Assembly (NCBI GenBank): GCA_913020725.1
Contig: CAJWCD010000021.1
Span: 1 to 32,321, forward strand
Source: an uncultured Pseudomonadota bacterium
GTDB taxonomy: Bacteria; SAR324; NAC60-12
Direction of reading: 5' to 3'
DNA length: 32,321 nt
A program made the position numbers and the translations under genes. Shown piece by piece: positions 16,338 through 23,429 of the stretch. The notes below the pieces were generated by a model. It ran no database searches. It saw only the letters and a list, made by a program, of their open reading frames with translations, and was not told the origin of the DNA. Numbering within the stretch: the stretch's first letter is position 1; each line of letters opens with the position of its first letter.

Positions 16338-16991
16338 ATGGGCCAACTGATTGACGAAGAAGATTGTGAAGTCTGTGTGCCGTTCGATCAGGAGTGGATC
16401 TTCACCTATGGTGATCTCGTCACCCTCTTGCTCTGTTTCTTCATCCTGCTCTTTGCGACGTGCGTGTATGAAACACGGAAGTTCAAGGCGGTTGCCGAGA
16501 GCTTCAAACCGCTCCCTCCGGGTTCCCCCTTCATGCAGGAAGGCCGGGATTCCGTGGTCGAGCAAATTTCCAAGGAAGTGGAGCAGACTGAGTTGGGGGA
16601 CGACACGCGGGTGACGATTGAGGAGAAGGGCGTGGTGGTCTCTTTTGCGGCCAGTGCGACGTTTGAACCGGGGTCCACCAAATTGACTCCGGAGGCCACC
16701 AAGGAGATAGCACGCTTCTCGCGGCTGGTCTTCCTCTTGCCCAACCGCCTTCAGGTCGAAGGCCACACCGACAACCAACCCGTGCAGAAGCAGTGGGGAT
16801 CCGCTTGGGAACTCTCCGGAGCCAGAGCCTCGCGGGTGGCCCGCTTCTTCATTGACAACGGCATGGATCCCAAAAAGCTCACCGTCAAGGGTTTCGGTTC
16901 CACCCGTCCCAAGTTCAACAATGACTCCCCCACGCAACGCCGACGCAACAATCGCGTCGAAGTCATTGTCCTACCACCGGTGCAAAAATAA
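16338..16991 (+). CDS. motB: Flagellar stator B subunit, paralogue 2
   Basis: Same TM motif; EGHTDN, WELS.ARA, GFG..RP and N.RVEV. Confidence 0.9.
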   Translation: MGQLIDEEDCEVCVPFDQEWIFTYGDLVTLLLCFFILLFATCVYETRKFKAVAESFKPLPPGSPFMQEGRDSVVEQISKEVEQTELGDDTRVTIEEKGVVVSFAASATFEPGSTKLTPEATKEIARFSRLVFLLPNRLQVEGHTDNQPVQKQWGSAWELSGARASRVARFFIDNGMDPKKLTVKGFGSTRPKFNNDSPTQRRRNNRVEVIVLPPVQK

Positions 16992-17003
16992 GCTTCCCGC
17001 TGT

Positions 17004-18158
17004 TCAAGCACCAGAGCTGACGACGTACACCACGATCATCAGGTAGGTTAGGCCCATGATTCCAGCCTTCGCCTTGCTGAGCGTGTAGTTTTTACTCCAG
17101 AAGAAGTAGAACGAGAGCAGCGTTGCGCCAATCAAAGCCCAGACAAGCTCGACCTGCTTGAGGTCAATCAGCGTCTCGCCACTTATCGTCAAGGCGATAA
17201 GGACGGGGACACTGAGGCAGATGCAGATGTCGAAGATGTTGCTGCCAAAAACGTTGGAAATCGCCGCGTCGTAGTGACCACGCTGGGCACTGATGACCGA
17301 CAGCGCCGTGTCCGGAACCGAAGTGCCGGCTGCGATGATGACAAAACCCATGACCACTGGGCTGATGGTGAGCAGGTCGCCAAGGTTGATGGCGGAGGTC
17401 ACGAGTACTTCCGTGCTGAGGCCCATCAGGATCATCATTCCGGCAATCCACATCCACGCTCCTCCTTCCGAGGTGATCTTGATGGGATCCTCGTCCTCGT
17501 CCTCGTCACTTTCCGGTTCCGGCTCTCCCACATGTTCACGCTGGTACTTCCGGTAATCGCGCTGGAGCCAGAAGATGTAGAGCAGGTAGGTGCCCAAAAA
17601 GATGAGGGCAACCCCGAGCCCCCAGTAGGTCTGTACTTCTCCGGAAGGTTGTAGTTCTGCGAACTGCGTCAGCATGATGTAGAGCAGACCAACGACGGCA
17701 AGGTAGAAGACATTGTCACGCCAGACCACATCCTTGCCAACCTTGATCGGGGATGTGGCGACCAGTCCGACAGCAGCGGGAATGACAAGCACGTTGTAGA
17801 GCGCGGAGCCGATGATTGTTGAAACCCCCACTTCGGCTTTGCCAAGCTGGATCGTGGCAATCACCGCAACGCAAAATTCCGGAAAGGAACTGGCCACGGC
17901 GTCAATCACCGCAGCCTTGATTGACTGCGGAAGGTTGTGGTGATTTTGGATGAACGAGGAGGCCGGCGCAAAGAAATCCCCAGCCCGCCAGATCACGAGT
18001 GACGAGAGGACAATCAGGGAAACCCACAGCACATGGGCGGCTCCACCGATCCCTTGGCGGTGGGCCAGCCACGCTGCGAGTGCGAGGCCCGTGACCCCCA
18101 TCGCTTCCTTGTACATGTGTTCTCCGAAGAACGCCCGAATTGGTCTAATAACAGTCAT
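17004..18158 (-). CDS. Ca2+/cation antiporter (CaCA family, NCKX-like)
   Basis: Alpha-1 ASSFPE...IIGSALYN, alpha-2 AGTSVPD...NVFGSNIFDI, and an acidic central loop. Confidence 0.9.
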   Translation of the reverse strand: MTVIRPIRAFFGEHMYKEAMGVTGLALAAWLAHRQGIGGAAHVLWVSLIVLSSLVIWRAGDFFAPASSFIQNHHNLPQSIKAAVIDAVASSFPEFCVAVIATIQLGKAEVGVSTIIGSALYNVLVIPAAVGLVATSPIKVGKDVVWRDNVFYLAVVGLLYIMLTQFAELQPSGEVQTYWGLGVALIFLGTYLLYIFWLQRDYRKYQREHVGEPEPESDEDEDEDPIKITSEGGAWMWIAGMMILMGLSTEVLVTSAINLGDLLTISPVVMGFVIIAAGTSVPDTALSVISAQRGHYDAAISNVFGSNIFDICICLSVPVLIALTISGETLIDLKQVELVWALIGATLLSFYFFWSKNYTLSKAKAGIMGLTYLMIVVYVVSSGA

Positions 18159-18159
18159 G

Positions 18160-18798
18160 TCAAGTTGTCGGTGGCTCGTTGGTGGCTTTGAGTTGGGTCT
18201 CTTGTCCTGTACGCAGTCTGGCTATGTTCTCACGATGTTTGTAAAGAAGCAATATATCAAGTGTGCAGAACATTCCGAATTGCGACCAAATTATCGGCAT
18301 TCCCTGAAACCAAGGGATCAGCAGAAACCAGACAGGGAGTGTCGCCAGCATCGTCAACGCTGCAAGGCTGGAAATGCGCTTTACCGTGAAGAGGCCCAGC
18401 CAAACGGCTGCCGCACCAAGCCCGACGGGCAGGTTCAGCGCCGCAAGGACTCCGAACAACGTGGAGACGCCCTTGCCCCCCTTAAAGCGTAAGAACAGCG
18501 AGAAAACGTGTCCGCAGACCGTGATGACGGCTATCAAGCTAACCTGCCAAAGCGGGGCAGCGGTTTCGGTAGCCAACCAGTGTTGAGCGAGCCAGACTGC
18601 AAGGCTGCCTTTTCCGAAATCGAGCAGGAACGTTAGCACCCCCGGAAGTTTGCCCCCCACACGCATGACGTTGGTCATGCCGATGTTGCCGCTTCCGGAC
18701 TGCCGGACATCAATGCCCAGCAGTAGTTTGCCGATGATGAGTCCGAAGGGAATCCCGCCGAGTAGAAAGGCAGACAGCAGGAGCAAAAAGAAGGTCAT
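18160..18798 (-). CDS. plsY: Glycerol-3-phosphate acyltransferase
   Basis: GGIPFG, DVRQSGSGNIGMTNVMR, D..KG, GH..S.FL.FKGGKGVST and KHRENIARL motifs. Confidence 0.95.
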   Translation of the reverse strand: MTFFLLLLSAFLLGGIPFGLIIGKLLLGIDVRQSGSGNIGMTNVMRVGGKLPGVLTFLLDFGKGSLAVWLAQHWLATETAAPLWQVSLIAVITVCGHVFSLFLRFKGGKGVSTLFGVLAALNLPVGLGAAAVWLGLFTVKRISSLAALTMLATLPVWFLLIPWFQGMPIIWSQFGMFCTLDILLLYKHRENIARLRTGQETQLKATNEPPTT

Positions 18799-18809
18799 GT
18801 CCGGAACGA

Positions 18810-19724
18810 TCACCAAGAAGGCTTCCGGCGTCCTTGGGCTTCTTCGATGCCTCGCTCCTGGATGAGTCGGAGCAGTTCGCGGTCATCGCGGTGCTTGACG
18901 AGCGTTTGTGCTCCTTGCAGACGTCGGATGGTCTCAAGGTCTGTGACTCCCGTCCGGATGAGGTAGGCGATCCAGTCGAGAATCTCACCTGTGGAGGGTT
19001 TTCGTGTGAGGTCAAGCTCCCGGAGTTGGTAGAAAATTTCGAGCGCCGCCTGCACCATCGTTTGGTCCGCACCGGGATGGTGCATCCGCACGATCTCACG
19101 CATCCGCTCCGGAGATGGAAACTCGATGTACATGTAGATGCAACGCCGAATGAAGGGCGCTGGCAAGTCCTGTTCGTGGTTGGAGGTGATGACAATGGTG
19201 GGCATCTGCCCCGGCTCGCAGGCAATCACCTGCTGGGTTTCCGGAACCACGATGCGCCGCTCCGAGAGCAGGAAGAGCAGGTTGTTGGGCAGTTCTCTTG
19301 GTGCCTTGTCAATCTCGTCGAGCAACAGGATCGACCCCGGAGTGGAAAACGCTTGGGCCAGCGGGCCAAGATGAACGTAGTCCTCCAACTGATCCACACG
19401 CCGACTTCCGGTGTTGATGTGCTGATCGATCCCGGCCTGCTTCATCTGGGCGTTGGCAATCGCTGCCTGTGCGTCCATGAGTCGCTGCACCTCGTCAAAG
19501 CGCGAGACGAGTTGGGAGACCTTGCTTTCAGACGTGACGGGCACCTCAAAGATGGGGTGCCCTAGCTGGGCTGCAAATTCCTGTGCAAGTTTGGTTTTTC
19601 CCGTGCCGGGTTCGCCTTCCAGCAGCAGGGGCTTTTCCAGTAGGCGGGCGATCTGGAAAGCCTCTGCGAGCTTGGGATCGCAGAGGTAGGTTGGGGTTCC
19701 AGTGAAGAATTCGCTAGCGGACAT
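18810..19724 (-). CDS. MoxR-family AAA+ ATPase
   Basis: PLLLEGEPGTGKT (Walker A), LLLDEIDKA (Walker B), ITSN.E..LPAPF.RRC and KPST.E..DW. Confidence 0.9.
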   Translation of the reverse strand: MSASEFFTGTPTYLCDPKLAEAFQIARLLEKPLLLEGEPGTGKTKLAQEFAAQLGHPIFEVPVTSESKVSQLVSRFDEVQRLMDAQAAIANAQMKQAGIDQHINTGSRRVDQLEDYVHLGPLAQAFSTPGSILLLDEIDKAPRELPNNLLFLLSERRIVVPETQQVIACEPGQMPTIVITSNHEQDLPAPFIRRCIYMYIEFPSPERMREIVRMHHPGADQTMVQAALEIFYQLRELDLTRKPSTGEILDWIAYLIRTGVTDLETIRRLQGAQTLVKHRDDRELLRLIQERGIEEAQGRRKPSW

Positions 19725-20464
19725 TACGATTCGGCGTGGGTGGCTTCATAAGCCTTGCCCTTGACTTGGCTGACGATTTCGTGGATCGGGATGTCGGGGA
19801 TGTTGTCCCAACCCATGATCTTAAAGATGTGTTTGCGCACCCGGCCTCGGGAGAGTCCACGCTTCTGCCACGCTTCATAGATTTCTTCCTGATCGGCCTT
19901 GAGTGGTCGCCCGTCGAGTTCCTTGCGCATGAGGAACTTAACGGAGCTGTCCGTATTCTCCAGGATGAATTTGTGGTGCGCGGCATCTGTGATTCTTCCG
20001 GTGCCATAGATGACATCGGAATCGTCCGTCTCGGTCATCTGGATGCCGTCCTCAAAGTCTTCGTCATCCTCGTCTTCCATCAAGCTCAGGTCTGGTGTCA
20101 GTTCGATTCCCGGAGCTTCCGCTGCGGCTGGTGCTGCCTGCATAAGCGGTGCCCCCGCCATTGGTGCTCCACCCGCGAACGGAGTCGCGGCCATGCGCCG
20201 CTGAATCTGATTCGGGCTAGGAATCATGATCACCATGAGCAACATCATCAAGGCGATGGCAAACGCGGTGCAGTACACCAGGCCGTTGAAGTAGAGATCG
20301 TAGCGGGTCTTGTCGAAGAAATAGGTTGTGGTCTGCATTCCCTTGTAAGTCAGGTAGCTCGCGGCAGACATGCCGTTGTAGCAAAAGACCACGCCGCCCA
20401 TCGTGGCAGCAAAAGACCCGATCACCCCGAGCAGGTAGATCGACAAGTAGTTGACCGGGGGCAT
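19724..20464 (-). CDS. Hypothetical membrane protein (2 TM, Ala/Pro and acidic linker, C-terminal domain)
   Basis: 246-aa ORF whose stop overlaps the MoxR start; two hydrophobic segments. Confidence 0.75.
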   Translation of the reverse strand: MPPVNYLSIYLLGVIGSFAATMGGVVFCYNGMSAASYLTYKGMQTTTYFFDKTRYDLYFNGLVYCTAFAIALMMLLMVIMIPSPNQIQRRMAATPFAGGAPMAGAPLMQAAPAAAEAPGIELTPDLSLMEDEDDEDFEDGIQMTETDDSDVIYGTGRITDAAHHKFILENTDSSVKFLMRKELDGRPLKADQEEIYEAWQKRGLSRGRVRKHIFKIMGWDNIPDIPIHEIVSQVKGKAYEATHAES

Positions 20465-20593
20465 GATGACCCTTTGTTTACAGATTTAGTCCGGAATTCG
20501 CCAACACCAGTTGACAAATCTGGACGAGCATTCAAGTGGATGCACAACGACAGCACCCCCGAAAAACGAGAGTCTGTGCGTCTCCTGTGTACG

Positions 20594-20620
20594 CTATCGG
20601 CAGAACGGTGAAAAACTTGA
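20594..20620 (-). promoter_or_regulatory. Sigma28 (FliA)-type promoter
   Basis: Minus strand reads TCAAGTTT-N11-GCCGATAG against the consensus TAAAGTTT-N11-GCCGATAA; intergenic and correctly oriented. Confidence 0.7.
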
Positions 20621-20655
20621 CCGGCAAAACGGGATTCTGCCGACGGCTTTTGAGT

Positions 20656-21447
20656 TTACCAGACTGTCCGGATCATGCCGCCGTCCACCGCAACGCTAGA
20701 GCCAGTGATGTAGCTGGCCGCATCGGAGAGCAGGAATGCGCCGACCTTGCCAAACTCCTCGATGGTGCCGTAGCGTTTCCACGGCAAGGAAGCTTGGCTG
20801 TTTGCCCGTTGCGCCTCCGGGGTGATGCCCTGCTTTTGGGACTGAAAGGCATCGGCGGAACGGACCCGGTCGGTGTCCATGCGTCCGGGCATGAGGTTGT
20901 TGACCCGGATGTTGTCTGGCGCGAGTTGCAGCGAAAGGCTTTTGACAAGCCCGGTGGTTCCGGAGCGCATCACGTTGGAAAGGATGAGGATGTCAATGGG
21001 TTCCTTGACCGAACTGGACGTGACCGTGAGGATCGAGCCGCCTCCGCGTTTGCGCATCAAAGGCAACACTCCCCGGATCATGCGAACTCCGCTCATCACG
21101 TTCAACTCAAAGGCGTTTTGCCAGTCGTTGTCACTGAAGTCGTCAAACTGCCCCGGAGGTGGCCCACCAGCGTTGACCACGAGCGCGTCCACCCCACCGA
21201 ATTCAGCGAACGTCCGTTGCACCCAGTTCTGGATGGAGTCGGCGCTGGTGGCATCCATGACCGTGGCCAGCACGGAGGCTCCGGTTTCGTCGCGAAGCTT
21301 GGCGGCAGCGTTTTCAATGTCTGTTTGTGTGCGGCTGGCAATCGAGACCGAGGCGCCTTCGCGGGCAAGTTCCTGAGCGATGCCAAAGCCAAGCCCCTTG
21401 CTGGAAGCAGCGACCATCGCCACCTTGCCAGTGAATCCTAAATCCAT
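20656..21447 (-). CDS. SDR family oxidoreductase
   Basis: AASSKGLG, VNAGGPP.G, NNLMPG..DTDR and ASYITG...VDGG; atypical LSN..R active-site region; RBS AGGAG. Confidence 0.92.
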   Translation of the reverse strand: MDLGFTGKVAMVAASSKGLGFGIAQELAREGASVSIASRTQTDIENAAAKLRDETGASVLATVMDATSADSIQNWVQRTFAEFGGVDALVVNAGGPPPGQFDDFSDNDWQNAFELNVMSGVRMIRGVLPLMRKRGGGSILTVTSSSVKEPIDILILSNVMRSGTTGLVKSLSLQLAPDNIRVNNLMPGRMDTDRVRSADAFQSQKQGITPEAQRANSQASLPWKRYGTIEEFGKVGAFLLSDAASYITGSSVAVDGGMIRTVW

Positions 21448-21466
21448 GATTCTCCTAAGTCGAAGT

Positions 21467-23107
21467 TTATTGGGAACGCCAGCCGCCGAGCAAATTTTCT
21501 CGCCGCTGGCCTATCCAGAGTAGTCCGAGAAACAGCACTAACCAAGTGATATTCACCCACTCCTGATATTCCCGGTAGAACGAGAAGCGCGGAGTCAATA
21601 CGACGGTTGCCGAAATCACGCCTTCCTCAAAAAGTTCCAGCCGGGGGCTGAGGTCCTGGCCGTCCGCGCCAATCAAGACGCTCCGCCCGTTGTTGGAGGC
21701 AAACAGCACGGGGGTGCGGTTTTCGATGGCCCGCCAGCGCAGCACGGCCTCCATGTTGTCCGAGGCGGTGCTTTTGCCAAACCATGCGAGGTTACTGAGG
21801 TTGACGGCAAGTTGCGAGCCGTTGCGTGTCATGTTCCGGATGGTGTCCGGCGCGAAGATGTCAAAGCAGATCGGTGCAGATAGGCGCACTTGCTCGGAAA
21901 GTGAGAATGCCGTGAATTCGCGCCCGGCTTCAAATTCGGAGAGGTTGCGAATGTTGTCCCGGAGCAGTTGGGCCAGTCCGGGGAACCAAGCGGAAAGCGG
22001 AATGGTTTCGCCGAAAGGAATGAGGAAGATTTTGTTGTAACGCCCACGCACCTTTCCATCCGGTCCCACCAGCACCGAAATGCCGTGAAAGCGGTAGTTT
22101 CCGGGGGTTCCGCTCCAATCAACGGAAGCGAGCAGGATGGCGGTTTGGTGTTCGCGGGCAAAGCGTGAGACGGCTTGCCGCGCCGCCGGGTTCTTGAAGA
22201 ACGGTGCTGGGAAGGTGGATTCCGGCCAGACGAGCAAACGGGACACTCCGGAGTTTTCTGGAAGTTGGGAGAGGGCGTGGGACGAATCGGCGAGCAACGC
22301 CCCGAAGTTCCGGGAGCGTTCGGAGTGTGCAAGGTCGGGATTGGACGCCAGTTTCTGAAGCGAAAAATTAGGCTGAACCGAAATGACTTGGAGTGGAGTT
22401 CCGGAGGAAGGTTCGCCAACGTCCGACTGCCGCCAAGCACCGTAGCCAATTCCAAAACTGAGTAATCCAAAATAGCAGGCGAGACCCACTCCAAGCACCC
22501 TTCTGGAAGTGTCTTGCCCCTCTACTGCTCGGCGCCACAGCAACAACAACCAAAGGCTCAGACCGATGCTGAACAGTGCCATTCCGGAAGCCCCGATCAG
22601 GTCGGCCACTTGTTCCAACAGCGGGACTTGCGTGAAGGTGAGTCCGCCAAAATTCCAGTGGATCAGCCGAGGGTACCATGTGTCTACCCAGAGAAACCAA
22701 CACAGCCGCACCAGCAAGTCCCACACTCGCCCGGAACGTAGCAGCAGAATCGGTATCGCATGGAGGCCGAAGAGCAACAACCCAACTTCCAAGCCGTAGC
22801 CAATTCCGGTGATGGCCACCGAGGCAGCCCACGGCAGGTGCCCAAAAACGTGGGCACTGTTGGTGATCCAGTGCGCACTAATCATAGCCCCCACTCCTCC
22901 CACTCCCCAACAGAGCAGGATTGCAAGCAGCAGGCGCTTGCCAAACGAACTGTGGCGCTTCTGGACTTGCTCCAACATGAGCATGACCGGCAAGTGTGCC
23001 ACCAAACCCACGAACTGCGTGTGCCATCCCGGAGCGTTCAGTCCGATGAGGATTCCGCCCGCTGCCGCCCACCACCACGGAGAAGTGTTCCAGAGCCAGA
23101 TTTTCAT
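21467..23107 (-). CDS. lnt: Apolipoprotein N-acyltransferase
   Basis: N-terminal TM helices, then VQPN, VWPES, YNKIFLIPFGE, ICFD, N.SN.AWF, RAIENR and NNG.S; start ATG 23107. Confidence 0.9.
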   Translation of the reverse strand: MKIWLWNTSPWWWAAAGGILIGLNAPGWHTQFVGLVAHLPVMLMLEQVQKRHSSFGKRLLLAILLCWGVGGVGAMISAHWITNSAHVFGHLPWAASVAITGIGYGLEVGLLLFGLHAIPILLLRSGRVWDLLVRLCWFLWVDTWYPRLIHWNFGGLTFTQVPLLEQVADLIGASGMALFSIGLSLWLLLLWRRAVEGQDTSRRVLGVGLACYFGLLSFGIGYGAWRQSDVGEPSSGTPLQVISVQPNFSLQKLASNPDLAHSERSRNFGALLADSSHALSQLPENSGVSRLLVWPESTFPAPFFKNPAARQAVSRFAREHQTAILLASVDWSGTPGNYRFHGISVLVGPDGKVRGRYNKIFLIPFGETIPLSAWFPGLAQLLRDNIRNLSEFEAGREFTAFSLSEQVRLSAPICFDIFAPDTIRNMTRNGSQLAVNLSNLAWFGKSTASDNMEAVLRWRAIENRTPVLFASNNGRSVLIGADGQDLSPRLELFEEGVISATVVLTPRFSFYREYQEWVNITWLVLFLGLLWIGQRRENLLGGWRSQ

Positions 23108-23186
23108 GCGTTCAGACAGCAGAGGGGTGTTGCGTTTGACAGGAAAATTGGTACGATGATGGCTATGTGTTCCAGCATCCTCCGAC

Positions 23187-23420
23187 ATGATCCAACTCAC
23201 CCCACACGCAATTGACCATCCCATCGAGGTCACACAGGAAGAGTATGACCAGTTGGTACGTCGAACTGAAAATGGGTGGAGCCAATCCGAGAGCCGAGAA
23301 GAGTGTCTGGCTAAACTACACTACTTGCGGAACGGGCTCAAGCAGGGCAAGCTCAATGAGCCGACCTTTCAGGAACGCGAGAAATTACTGGTCCTGAACT
23401 GGTGGCGTCGCGCCTTGTAA
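23187..23420 (+). CDS. Small hypothetical protein (77 aa)
   Basis: Fills the lnt-ankyrin gap exactly; helical, protein-like composition. Confidence 0.6.
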   Translation: MIQLTPHAIDHPIEVTQEEYDQLVRRTENGWSQSESREECLAKLHYLRNGLKQGKLNEPTFQEREKLLVLNWWRRAL

Positions 23421-23429
23421 GGAGCGGTT

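Noticed and set aside
14811..16991. Zorya (ZorAB) anti-phage system
   Set aside because: MotA lacks the long ZorA tail, no zorC/D/E genes are nearby, and the motifs match flagellar PomA/PomB.
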